Shown piece by piece: positions 10,634 through 20,523 of a stretch of DNA of 32,000 nt. The notes below the pieces were generated by a model, which ran no database searches, was not told where the DNA came from, and was given only the letters and a program-made list of their open reading frames with translations. Origin of the DNA: Moraxella nasicaprae (GTDB taxonomy: Bacteria; Pseudomonadota; Gammaproteobacteria; Pseudomonadales; Moraxellaceae); assembly GCF_025643275.1 (NCBI RefSeq), contig NZ_CP089977.1, positions 300,001-332,000 of the forward strand, given 5' to 3'. Made by a program: the position numbers and the translations under genes. How positions within the stretch are numbered: position 1 is the stretch's first letter; the number at the start of each line of letters is the position of its first letter.

Positions 10634-12121
10634 TTATTCGTGGTGAGTTTTATCACCCTTGACGAGCGAAAACACCACAGAGACGATGATAAAGAGAGCG
10701 ACCACTCCCCAGCCAAAGATGTTGATTACAACAGCAGGATAGTCACCATAACCTTCGCTTAGAAGAGATTGTAGTGATAGCACCAATGCCACAATTAACG
10801 ACAGTGGTGTGATAATCGTCAGCATAAATGACCAACCAGCACCCACTTTAAAGCTAGAAATTGCATTGATATGATTAATCAGTTTTGGTAATACACCACG
10901 ATTAAACCAAGAAACCCAGATGATTGATAGGATTGCACCGACAACCACGCCGATATTATTAGCAAAATGGTCAATCACATCAACAAAGGTAATAGCATTG
11001 TAAGTACCAAACATCGCTATCGAAATCACTGCGGATACACCGCCAACAATCGTGACTGCTTTATTTTTTGACCAACCAAACTTATCTTGAACCGCTGATA
11101 CTGGCACTTGTAGGATAGATACCATTGAGGTAAGACCAGCCACAAAAAGAGAGCCAAAGAACAAAATACCGATGATACCACCTGCATCACCCATCGTAGA
11201 GATGATTTTTGGAAAAGCAACAAACGCCAAGCCAATACCGCCTTTGACCACCTCTGACACTGGTACGCCAGAAGCCTGAGCCATAAAGCCCAGCACCGAA
11301 AAAATACCAATACCAGCCAGCAGCTCAAACGATGAATTGGCAAAACCCACCACCAAACCTGAACCTGTCAGGTTGGCATTGCGATTTAGGTAAGAGGCAT
11401 AAGTCACCATAATACCAAAGCCAATCGACATAGAGAAAAATACATGTCCATAAGCGGCAAGCCATACTTTTGGATCTGCCATTTTTTCCCAATTTGGGGC
11501 AAAGAAGGTGTTAAGCCCTTCGGCAGCACCTGGCAACATTACTGCACGCACCACCAGCACCGCAAACATCACCACCAACAGTGGGATAAAGATACGGTTG
11601 GCCAACTCAACCCCTTTACGGATACCGCCATACAAAATAAACAGCACAATCGCCCAAACAGCAATCAACCCAATCAATAAATGTGGTGCATAGCCAAAGG
11701 TAAGTTCGCTGGCATTTTGTAGGTAATTATTAAAGAAAAATCCTTCGGTGTCCTCGCCCCATTGTTGCCCAAAAGCAAATAGCGTATAATTGCCCGCCCA
11801 ACTTAAAACAGAAGCATAATAAATACCAATAATACTACATACCGCCACCTGCCACCAGCCAATCCCTTCGGCAGATTTAATCATACGGCGATACGCAGTT
11901 GGTGGTGCTCCTTTATATTTTTGCCCTGCAACATAGTCCAAAAACAGCAATGGAAAACCCGCTGTCATCAGAGCAATCAGATACGGAATAAAAAACGCAC
12001 CACCACCATTTTCATAAGACACATAAGGGAAACGCCAAATATTTCCCAAGCCAACAGCCGAACCAATGGCTGCCAAAATAAAGCCAGAGCGTGCTGACCA
12101 ACTCTCTCGTTGTGCCGACAT
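10634..12121 (-). CDS. sodium-dependent neurotransmitter:sodium symporter (NSS/SNF) family transporter, probably an amino-acid importer
   Basis: 495-aa polytopic ORF. The N-terminus RESWSARSGFILAAIGSAVGLGNIWRFPY is the NSS signature. AGGAGAA SD. Confidence 0.9.
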   Translation of the reverse strand: MSAQRESWSARSGFILAAIGSAVGLGNIWRFPYVSYENGGGAFFIPYLIALMTAGFPLLFLDYVAGQKYKGAPPTAYRRMIKSAEGIGWWQVAVCSIIGIYYASVLSWAGNYTLFAFGQQWGEDTEGFFFNNYLQNASELTFGYAPHLLIGLIAVWAIVLFILYGGIRKGVELANRIFIPLLVVMFAVLVVRAVMLPGAAEGLNTFFAPNWEKMADPKVWLAAYGHVFFSMSIGFGIMVTYASYLNRNANLTGSGLVVGFANSSFELLAGIGIFSVLGFMAQASGVPVSEVVKGGIGLAFVAFPKIISTMGDAGGIIGILFFGSLFVAGLTSMVSILQVPVSAVQDKFGWSKNKAVTIVGGVSAVISIAMFGTYNAITFVDVIDHFANNIGVVVGAILSIIWVSWFNRGVLPKLINHINAISSFKVGAGWSFMLTIITPLSLIVALVLSLQSLLSEGYGDYPAVVINIFGWGVVALFIIVSVVFSLVKGDKTHHE

Positions 12122-12484
12122 AGCTTTCTCCTATCAATCCACCGCCACTTTTGTGGTTATTCTTATCACAATCATGTGGCGATTCGGTTATCTTTTGTGC
12201 TTAATCCACCAGAACATATCATGGTTTAAGCACCCCAAACACTCTTAATCATGGCATCACTCATCACATCATGGACAATCGCCCCATGTGCCTTTAAGCC
12301 ATAATCAATATTTGTTAAAAAATTTAGCCCATCTGACACCATCAGTCTATTTCATGATGGATTTCATAAATGATAATTATTCCTAAAAGTTAAATTATTG
12401 ATAACTATAATTTATGATATAAGCAAAATTTAAAACCAAAATGATAGTTTGAATTAAGATGCCAAAAAAGTCAAATTTTTTGCA

Positions 12485-12516
12485 CAAAAAAAGCCCATCA
12501 TCAATACGATGTGGGC
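12485..12516 (-). terminator. rho-independent terminator after lpxA
   Basis: The - strand reads GCCCACATCGTATTGATGATGGGC followed by T7. The stem has one internal bulge. It lies about 25 nt after the lpxA stop. Confidence 0.6.
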
Positions 12517-12539
12517 AAATTTTGGCAAAATCTACCAAA

Positions 12540-13313
12540 TCAGCGAACTAAACCTCGTTCGCTTTTTTGGATAGATTGAATGAGTAGCTCGATTTTTGGT
12601 TCATCTTTTGCCAATGTTTGCAGTTTCTCCACCGCCTCATCACGCAATAAACCAGAACGAAACACCACCTTGTAGGCTTCATCAATGGCATTGATGGTTT
12701 CTTTACTCCAACCCTTGCGACGCATACCCTCTTTGTTCAGACCGTGTGTTTTGGCAGGATTACCAGAAACCGTCACAAAAGCCGCCACATCTTTTAAAAT
12801 CAGGCTCGCTCCACCAATCATGCTATAATCATCGATACGACAAAACTGATGGATACCAGACTGACCGCCAATGATGACATGGTTACCAATATGGCTATGT
12901 CCTGCCACACCCACATTATTGGCAAGCACATTATAATCCCCCACCACGCAATCGTGTGCCAAATGCACATTAACCATGAATAGATTATGACTGCCAATTT
13001 TGGTTAGTCCATTGTCTTGACTGGTACCACGATGAAAAGTACACGCCTCACGAATGCGATTGTAATCACCAATCTCCAAGAAAGTCTCTTCGCCTGCGTA
13101 TTTTAAATCCTGAGGATTTTCGCCAATACTGGCAAATTGATAAATCTCGTTATGCTGACCAATGCTGGTGTTTTCGCCGATAATCACATGGCTACGAAGT
13201 ACCGTACCTGCACCGATTTTGCTATTTTTACCCACGATGCAATATGGTCCAATCTGGGCGGTTGGGTCGATGATGGCGGTTGGGTCGATGATGGCGGTTG
13301 AGTGAATGCTCAT
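12540..13313 (-). CDS. lpxA: acyl-ACP--UDP-N-acetylglucosamine O-acyltransferase
   Basis: Hexapeptide-repeat left-handed beta-helix protein, last gene of lpxD-fabZ-lpxA. The track start is a TTG (13325). The ATG at 13313 (MSIHSTAIIDPTA...) has GGAG 6 nt upstream. Confidence 0.93.
   Translation of the reverse strand: MSIHSTAIIDPTAIIDPTAQIGPYCIVGKNSKIGAGTVLRSHVIIGENTSIGQHNEIYQFASIGENPQDLKYAGEETFLEIGDYNRIREACTFHRGTSQDNGLTKIGSHNLFMVNVHLAHDCVVGDYNVLANNVGVAGHSHIGNHVIIGGQSGIHQFCRIDDYSMIGGASLILKDVAAFVTVSGNPAKTHGLNKEGMRRKGWSKETINAIDEAYKVVFRSGLLRDEAVEKLQTLAKDEPKIELLIQSIQKSERGLVR
13261..13296 (-). repeat. perfect 18-bp tandem duplication (2 copies plus a partial third) inside lpxA
   Basis: GTTGGGTCGATGATGGCG occurs at 13261-13278 and again at 13279-13296, followed by GTTGAGTG. 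It encodes AIIDPT-AIIDPT. Confidence 0.95.
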
Positions 13314-13348
13314 AAGTTGCTCCAATATTGCTTATCCATACCAAGAAC

Positions 13349-13879
13349 TTAGGCGTTCATGCCATCAACTTTTTGACGAGCAATCATAATTTCAGCACTG
13401 CACGCCAGCTGTCCATCAACATGAGCGGTGCAGGCAAATTTATAAATATCTCGTTTATTCATGATGGTTTTTGAGCGAATAACCAACTGATCGCCAGGCG
13501 TGACCAATTTTTTGAAACGCACTTTATCCACACCAGCAAACAAATACAAATAGCCATCTTCGGAAGTCTGCCCTGCACTGATGAATCCTAGAATACCAGA
13601 AAGCTGTGCCATCGCCTCGACCATCAGCACGCCAGGCATGATGGGATTGTCAGGAAAATGACCGTTGAATAACTCTTCATTGATACTGATGTTCTTATAG
13701 CCTGTAATCCATTCATCAGGACGACAAGCAGTAACACGGTCAATCAACATAAAAGGATAGCGATGAGGCAGATAGTGTTTAAGCTGGTCATATTGCATTG
13801 GCAAGGCAACACCACGCTCAGCCAACTGCTGAATATCTGTCTCATTGAGCAGTTCATAATCAATCAAAGATACTGACAT
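13349..13879 (-). CDS. fabZ: 3-hydroxyacyl-ACP dehydratase
   Basis: 176-aa ORF with LPHRYPFMLIDRV and GHFPDNPIMPGVL motifs. It has an N-terminal extension of about 25 aa relative to E. coli FabZ. An internal start at M28 is possible. Confidence 0.92.
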   Translation of the reverse strand: MSVSLIDYELLNETDIQQLAERGVALPMQYDQLKHYLPHRYPFMLIDRVTACRPDEWITGYKNISINEELFNGHFPDNPIMPGVLMVEAMAQLSGILGFISAGQTSEDGYLYLFAGVDKVRFKKLVTPGDQLVIRSKTIMNKRDIYKFACTAHVDGQLACSAEIMIARQKVDGMNA

Positions 13880-13908
13880 AGATTTTTCTTCCGATTAGAT
13901 TCTTAATA

Positions 13909-14925
13909 TTATTTTTCGCCCATTTGACGAAAACGCACCGCTGCTCTTCGCCAGTTTGCTGATGGCATCGCTGCTGTGCCAGATGAATAACTGCCCGCCT
14001 CTTTAATGCTATTAGTTACCATCGTCATGCCGGTAATCGTTACACCATCGGCAATTTGAATATGCCCAGAAATACCGACCGCACCACCGATAATGCAGTT
14101 TTTGCCAATCACGGTACTGCCTGCAATACCAACCTTAGCAGCAATGGCTGTACCCGAGCCAATCTGTACATTGTGAGCAATCTGCACCAGATTATCAATG
14201 ATTACATCACTGCCGATCACGGTATCCTCGACCGCCCCACGGTCAATGCAGGTATTACTACCAATACGGCTGTCATCACCAATGACAACACGACCAAGCT
14301 GAGCGATGCGTTGCCATTTGACTCCGCCCTCCACATAAGGAGCAAAACCAAATCCTTCTGAACCAATGCTGGCATGGCTGTGGATACGTACTCTTTGACC
14401 AATCAGACAATCATGAGCAATCATGACCTGTGCATCAATAAAGCTGTCTTGACCAATATGCGTACCTGCACCAACATGACTGCCCACGCCGACAAAAACA
14501 CCATCGCCAAGCACCACATCAGCTCCAATGACGGCATAAGCACCAATGGCGACATTCTTACCAATCTTAGCCGTCTCATCAATGATGGCGGTTGGGTGGA
14601 TTGCTTGATGAGGTCTGCGAACAAAAAGTGTGCTGATGCAAGCATGTGCCAAATACGCATCTTTGACAATGATTGCAAGGCTGTTTTTTGGCAATATCTG
14701 AAGTGCTTCTTCAAAAAACTTTTGAGAAATCAGCACTACACCTGCTTGCGTATTGGCAAGCTGCGGCAAATATTTTGATTGTGCCAAAAACGCCACTTGA
14801 TTCGCTGTGGCACTACTTAAACTGCCCACACCTGATACAGATAGGGTTTTACCTGTCAGTTCATCAAGATTGGCAATCGTTTGACGACAAGCGATTGCCT
14901 CCAATAAAGTGTGTAATGCTATCAT
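13909..14925 (-). CDS. lpxD: UDP-3-O-(3-hydroxyacyl)glucosamine N-acyltransferase
   Basis: 338-aa ORF with an N-terminal uridine-binding domain and many hexapeptide repeats. Its ATG overlaps the bamA TAA by one base. Confidence 0.93.
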   Translation of the reverse strand: MIALHTLLEAIACRQTIANLDELTGKTLSVSGVGSLSSATANQVAFLAQSKYLPQLANTQAGVVLISQKFFEEALQILPKNSLAIIVKDAYLAHACISTLFVRRPHQAIHPTAIIDETAKIGKNVAIGAYAVIGADVVLGDGVFVGVGSHVGAGTHIGQDSFIDAQVMIAHDCLIGQRVRIHSHASIGSEGFGFAPYVEGGVKWQRIAQLGRVVIGDDSRIGSNTCIDRGAVEDTVIGSDVIIDNLVQIAHNVQIGSGTAIAAKVGIAGSTVIGKNCIIGGAVGISGHIQIADGVTITGMTMVTNSIKEAGSYSSGTAAMPSANWRRAAVRFRQMGEK

Positions 14926-17474
14926 TAAAAGACACTACCAATTTGGAACTGTACTTTATCGGTCTTGTCATTTTCTTTTGCACCAAAGGTTTTGGCATAG
15001 CTTAGTGACAACGGTCCAATCGCCGTGTACCAAGTAATACCAGCACCTGCACTATAACGCAAACGGTTGTCGTTTTGTAGTAGCTGTGCCTGACCTGATA
15101 GATTTGGGTCTAGCTCCGACAAATCGATGTACTTATCGGTCGCTCCTGTGGTATCAAACACCTGTCCACCTTCGGCAAACAATACGGGACGAACTTGACT
15201 GGTCCAGTCGCCCTTAAATGGCAGCGGTAAAATCAATTCAGCACCAAAGGTGGCGATGGCATTACCACCGACCACTTCGCCACGACCCACACCACCGTTA
15301 AGCATCGTTGTGGCGGTTGCCAATGTTTCTTTTTGGTCATCGCTCAGTGTACCACCTGAGTTTTGGTATGCTTCTAGCGATGCTTTTGCACGAGCAGCAT
15401 TGACAATGTTGGTTACCGCACGAGATTGTGGGCCTAGACTTGATTGGTCGTAGCCACGCACCGAGCCATAGCCGCCTGCGTAGAAGTTTTCATAAAATGG
15501 CAAATTATTACCATAACCCAAACGAGCATAACCACGCAAAATGGTGTCTTTAATCAAAGGCTTGTAAATATTACCTTGATAGACTGCTTTTTGATAAGTT
15601 TTATCGCCAAAACCTAGCGTCAAGTCCACCGTGTGACTCATGCCAGAAGTTGGGAATACTGGCTTATCTAGGCTTGAATAGCTCCAACCAAGCAAGGCAT
15701 TATAGGTATTGTATTTTTTCTCAAAACCATCAATGGCAAAAATTGGATTGTCAGGATTCACGCTGTTTTCATAAAAACCGCTATGCACCTTACCGCCATC
15801 TTTGACCAGCTCATAGGCATTATTTAGACCCATATAGCGACCACCACGCACCTTGATGCTGTCTAGGTTAATACCGCCACTGATGCGTTGATTTTCATCA
15901 ATCGGATAGCTATAAGTCAAATTACCGCCATAAGAGTCTAGTACATAGTTACTGATGTTTTTGCTGTCATATTTGGTTTTACGATAGTAACCACCAATGG
16001 TCTGCGATACACCATTGACCGTAAAATATGGGTCGGTTAGACTCAGGCTATAAGCATCTCTGGTTTCTGAGCGAGAAAAACCAGCCGACATACGATTACC
16101 TGTTCCCATAAAGTTATTTTGAGAAAGGTCAAACTGGAAGGTCACACCGCCACTTTGTGAATAACCTGCCGAAATGGTCGATGAACCTGATGGCTGCTCT
16201 TCTACGACAAAATTGACATCAATTTGGTCTGGTGCATTTGGCACAGGCTGTGTATCTACGATGACATTTTTAAAGAAACCTGTACGCATCAGACGCACAC
16301 GAGACAACTGGATTTTTTGGTTAGATGCCAATGCTCCTTCCAGCTGACGCATTTCACGGCGTAGCACTTCATCTTTGGTCTTATGGTTGCCCGAAAAATT
16401 GATGCGACGCACATAGACAGGACGTACAGGGTCAATGTGATACTCGATATCGACCGTGCGAGTCTTGTCATTGATGATGCTGATTGGGCGAATTTGGGCA
16501 TAATAATAGCCATCATCGCCAAACTTGCTGGCGATGGCAGAATTGGTCTCATCCAGCTTGCTTTGGGTGTAAGTATCGCCTTCGCCAAACTTCACCAAGT
16601 CACGCAGTTCATTTTCAGGATAAGTCAAATTACCTGCAAAACTAACTTTACCAAACTGATATTGCTCGCCTTCGGTAATGGCAACTTCGATGAATACTTT
16701 CTCTTTTTCTTCATCGATATTTAAGGTTGCATCATCAATATTAAATCGCACAAAACCATTATTTAGATATTTGGCACGCAGTTTTTCGACACTGGCAGTC
16801 AGCTTTTCTTGGGTGTAACGGTCAGCACGAGATAATGGATTGATCGTTTTGTCCTTGACAACAAACTCTCGTTTTAGCTCTTCGGTATCAAAATGTTTAT
16901 TGCCAATGATGTTGATGTCGGTTACTCTGGCTCGCTTGCCTTCCACAAACTCCAAATCCAGCTTGACACGATTGCCATCAAGCTCAGTTTGCTTAGCACG
17001 AATTTGGGTATTATAGTAGCCTTGCGAAGCATACTGGTTAATCAGCTCGCTCTCGATTGCCTTGATGCTTGGTTGTTTTAGCACACCGCCCTTGACCAAG
17101 CCACTTGATTTTAGACCTTGCTCCAAGGCATCTTTTGGAATCAAACGGTTGCCAGTAAAATTTAGCTCGGCAATCGTTGGGTATTCACTCACACGAAATA
17201 AGACACGGTCGCCATTAACATCAGCTTGCACATCAGAAAAATGACCTGTGGCGTACAACGCACGAATGCTTTGTGCCAACTGTTCATCACTGACTGCTTG
17301 TCCCAAGCGAATCGGCAACACCGTCTGCAAGCTTTCAATCGTAACACGCTGCAAGCCTGTGATGGCAATATCATTGGCAACAAAAGTCTGAGCCTGTGCT
17401 TGACTCATCATCACCATCGACACCGCCGCCGCAATCGATGTTGCAGCAAAACCAGAAAAAGTAGAATTACGCAT
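14925..17474 (-). CDS. bamA: outer membrane protein assembly factor BamA (Omp85)
   Basis: About 849 aa. It has a signal peptide ending AQA, POTRA-type repeats and a C-terminal beta-barrel ending ...QFQIGSVF. The track ORF begins at TTG 17486. The ATG at 17474 (MRNSTFSGF...) is preferred. Confidence 0.95.
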   Translation of the reverse strand: MRNSTFSGFAATSIAAAVSMVMMSQAQAQTFVANDIAITGLQRVTIESLQTVLPIRLGQAVSDEQLAQSIRALYATGHFSDVQADVNGDRVLFRVSEYPTIAELNFTGNRLIPKDALEQGLKSSGLVKGGVLKQPSIKAIESELINQYASQGYYNTQIRAKQTELDGNRVKLDLEFVEGKRARVTDINIIGNKHFDTEELKREFVVKDKTINPLSRADRYTQEKLTASVEKLRAKYLNNGFVRFNIDDATLNIDEEKEKVFIEVAITEGEQYQFGKVSFAGNLTYPENELRDLVKFGEGDTYTQSKLDETNSAIASKFGDDGYYYAQIRPISIINDKTRTVDIEYHIDPVRPVYVRRINFSGNHKTKDEVLRREMRQLEGALASNQKIQLSRVRLMRTGFFKNVIVDTQPVPNAPDQIDVNFVVEEQPSGSSTISAGYSQSGGVTFQFDLSQNNFMGTGNRMSAGFSRSETRDAYSLSLTDPYFTVNGVSQTIGGYYRKTKYDSKNISNYVLDSYGGNLTYSYPIDENQRISGGINLDSIKVRGGRYMGLNNAYELVKDGGKVHSGFYENSVNPDNPIFAIDGFEKKYNTYNALLGWSYSSLDKPVFPTSGMSHTVDLTLGFGDKTYQKAVYQGNIYKPLIKDTILRGYARLGYGNNLPFYENFYAGGYGSVRGYDQSSLGPQSRAVTNIVNAARAKASLEAYQNSGGTLSDDQKETLATATTMLNGGVGRGEVVGGNAIATFGAELILPLPFKGDWTSQVRPVLFAEGGQVFDTTGATDKYIDLSELDPNLSGQAQLLQNDNRLRYSAGAGITWYTAIGPLSLSYAKTFGAKENDKTDKVQFQIGSVF

Positions 17475-17693
17475 AAGTTTATCCAAACTATTTTTAATAC
17501 ATTATCTTGTTAGAAAAACTTGATTATAGATGTCATTATTGGCAAAATAAAATCAAAAATCTCTACCAAATAAAGACTGATTGATAATCAAGTACAATCA
17601 TTGGTGATAAAGGTAAGCTAAAAACGCTTTTTTGGCAAGTCCTAAACGCAAATTTTGTGAAAATTCGCCAAATTTTTTGATAAAAGTTACCAA

Positions 17694-19085
17694 TTAGCCA
17701 AAAATTCTCATCACATCGTTACTTATTGCAAGTGCCATGAAACAAAATAGCATGAGTGCACCAATCTTTAATGCGTTCATTTGCATGGACTGCGGCATTG
17801 GCTTACCCGCCACCAGCTCATAAGTATAAAACACCAAATGCCCGCCATCAAGCACAGGAATGGGGAGTAGGTTTAGCACCGCCAGCGACAAACTCAATAG
17901 GGCAGCGGTCGATAATACTTGTTGCCAGCCAATCTCAAAACTATTTTTGGACACTTCGGCAATCGCAATCGGTCCTGACAGATGCTCCAAACCAATCAAG
18001 CCCATCATCATCTTTTTGATTGAACCAAGCGTCATCATCGCCAAATCATAAGTTTTGCCCAATGCCTTGTCAAACGCCTGACTTGGTGTATGCTTAATCA
18101 TCATTCGATACTGGGCAGGAATAGCAGTGTCTGGGTCATACGCCACTTGTACACCAATTTGACCGATTTTTTTGCCATCTTTATCCATGACTGCATTGGG
18201 CAGCACTCGAACATCAAGCACTTGATTGGCTCTCTGCACAGAAAACACCAAAAATTCATCTGGGCTTTGGCGGATAATCTTTGCCACTTCCTGCCAGCTA
18301 TTGACTTGTATTTGGTTGATGCTTAACACCTTATCGCCAGTTTTTAGACCCATCACATCCGCTGCACCTTTTGGCACAACCTGCCCAATCACGGGTGCTA
18401 ACATTGGCTGATAAGGCAACACACCAAAATCACTCAGAGGGTCTTGCTGCGTGTGTTTGGCGTGTTGCATGAACGAAGTGATGGCAACAGGAATGGTTTG
18501 GCTGACTGATTTTGTGTTGTCTTGCTCATGAAGCACGCCGACATTAACCACGCCAGTCTCGCCCATACGGTCACCAAGTGCATACGCCACTTCTTCCCAA
18601 GTCTGCACAGGCTTACCATCAATGTGCGTGATTTTATCACCCAGCGTCAAATGACTGGCGGCCGCAGGTGAATCTGGTAGTAGCTGACCAATTTTGGTGT
18701 TTAACTGCTCACTGGGCTGTAAAAACAGCACAAAAAATAAAGCAATGGCAATCAAAAAATTCATCACAGGCCCTGCGATGACGATGGCGATTTTTTTGAG
18801 TGGATGGGCATTGTTAAAAGCTAGATGTTTCTCACTCTCGGCAACTTCGCCCTCTCGCTCGTCCAGCATTTTGACATAACCGCCCAAAGGCAGAGCAGAT
18901 ATACGATAATCAATGCCTGTTTTTTTGGAAGTCCAACCAAACAGGCGTGGGCCCATGCCAATAGAATAAGTCAAAACCTTCACCCCACACAAACGAGCAA
19001 TAATATAATGCCCCCATTCATGCAAAGCAATCAGTGGCGTCAAAACACAAACCGCCGCCAAAAACATAAGTAATGCGTTCATCAT
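17694..19085 (-). CDS. rseP: RIP site-2 zinc metalloprotease RseP
   Basis: 463-aa ORF with HEWGH (HExxH) in TM1, two PDZ-like segments and the NLLPIPVLDGGH motif. Confidence 0.93.
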   Translation of the reverse strand: MMNALLMFLAAVCVLTPLIALHEWGHYIIARLCGVKVLTYSIGMGPRLFGWTSKKTGIDYRISALPLGGYVKMLDEREGEVAESEKHLAFNNAHPLKKIAIVIAGPVMNFLIAIALFFVLFLQPSEQLNTKIGQLLPDSPAAASHLTLGDKITHIDGKPVQTWEEVAYALGDRMGETGVVNVGVLHEQDNTKSVSQTIPVAITSFMQHAKHTQQDPLSDFGVLPYQPMLAPVIGQVVPKGAADVMGLKTGDKVLSINQIQVNSWQEVAKIIRQSPDEFLVFSVQRANQVLDVRVLPNAVMDKDGKKIGQIGVQVAYDPDTAIPAQYRMMIKHTPSQAFDKALGKTYDLAMMTLGSIKKMMMGLIGLEHLSGPIAIAEVSKNSFEIGWQQVLSTAALLSLSLAVLNLLPIPVLDGGHLVFYTYELVAGKPMPQSMQMNALKIGALMLFCFMALAISNDVMRIFG

Positions 19086-19285
19086 TTCTTAAATATTTTA
19101 AAATCAAATTTTCTCAATAGGCTGATACATTTTGGCAAATTTTAAAACATTGGGTGTATTTTCTATCGTCATTGGATAAACAACTGCACAACATAAATTA
19201 CCATTCAAAATTGTACTCTCGAATGCCAAATGACAATTTAACAAACTTATTTTGCAAACTCTTATTGCTCAATTTATCCATTTCA

Positions 19286-20497
19286 TCAAAGATAATCAAT
19301 CATCAATTGAGCAATTTTTCTAACCCTTTTATCCAAATCCAAAATATCCACCAACTTCTCAAAACTTGTTGTTAATTCATTTGCCAATTCATCAAACGCC
19401 AAACACTTTTCTACCACCACCGCAATGTCGGTCAATTTAATTTTGCCTTTTAAAAATGCCTCCACCGCCACTTCATTGGCGGCATTTAAAATAATACACG
19501 CCCCATTGCCAAGTTTCATTGCTTGTTTGGCAAGGGCTAGGCAAGCAAATTTTTTCTCATCAGGCTTAATAAATTCCAATTTTGCCATTTCAAATAAATT
19601 CAAAGGCTTAACGCCACTTGCCAGACGGTTTGGGTACGCCAAAGCATAGCCAATCGGCGTTTTCATATCAGGCGTGCCACATTGTGCCAAAAACGAGCCG
19701 TCCACATATTCCACCAAGGAATGCACCACGCTTTGTGGATGAATGGCGACCGCCACCTGCTCCACGCCCACGCCAAACAAATGACAGGCCTCAATCAGCT
19801 CCAAGCCCTTATTCATCATCGTGTTGGAGTCCACCGTGATTTTTTGCCCCATTGACCAGTTGGGGTGATTGACCGCCTGTGCGACACTTGCCGTACGCAT
19901 TTCGTCATAAGATTTGTGCAAAAACGCCCCACCGCTGGCAGTTAGCCAGAGTTTACGAATGCCAAAATTTTTGCTATTTATCAAGGTATTATCGCCCTGT
20001 ACCGCCTGTGGCAAACATTGAAAAATGGCGTTATGCTCGCTGTCAATCGGCAAAATGGTCGCCCCTGTCTCTTTGGCGGTTTTCATCACCAAATCGCCCG
20101 CCATTACAAGGCTTTCTTTATTGGCAAGCAAGACTTTTTTGCCCGCCTTGACCGCCAACAAAGTAGAGCTAAGCCCTGCCCCACCGACAATGGCACACAC
20201 CACCGTATCGGCTTTGTCGTGGCTTGCGATAAAATCCAAGCCCTCGCTTGACTTTAACACTTGCGTGGCTAAGTTTAATGCACGCATTTTATGATAAAAT
20301 TCATCAAAATACGCATCGCCAATGACCGCAAATACTGGGTTAAATTCTTGACAAATCTCCAAAAGCCTTTGCACATTAGAAAAGCCAGAAACAGCAAATA
20401 AACGGTAACTGTCTAAATGCAGACGAATCAAATCAAGGGTGCTGGCACCGATAGAGCCTGTGGCACCCAATAAAGTAATATGGTTAATTGAAGTCAT
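19286..20497 (-). CDS. dxr: 1-deoxy-D-xylulose-5-phosphate reductoisomerase
   Basis: 403-aa ORF with an LGATGSIG NADPH-binding N-terminus, plus LANKESLV and NHPNWSMG motifs. Confidence 0.95.
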   Translation of the reverse strand: MTSINHITLLGATGSIGASTLDLIRLHLDSYRLFAVSGFSNVQRLLEICQEFNPVFAVIGDAYFDEFYHKMRALNLATQVLKSSEGLDFIASHDKADTVVCAIVGGAGLSSTLLAVKAGKKVLLANKESLVMAGDLVMKTAKETGATILPIDSEHNAIFQCLPQAVQGDNTLINSKNFGIRKLWLTASGGAFLHKSYDEMRTASVAQAVNHPNWSMGQKITVDSNTMMNKGLELIEACHLFGVGVEQVAVAIHPQSVVHSLVEYVDGSFLAQCGTPDMKTPIGYALAYPNRLASGVKPLNLFEMAKLEFIKPDEKKFACLALAKQAMKLGNGACIILNAANEVAVEAFLKGKIKLTDIAVVVEKCLAFDELANELTTSFEKLVDILDLDKRVRKIAQLMIDYL

Positions 20498-20523
20498 TAA
20501 AATAATCGTCTAATCTTTAAAGG

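Noticed and set aside
14056-15005. Antisense or alternative-frame ORFs of 61-134 aa inside lpxD (e.g. 14374-14778 on the + strand)
   Set aside because: The hexapeptide-repeat coding sequence is internally repetitive and stop-poor on several frames. There are no start context or motifs, and the real gene is unambiguous.
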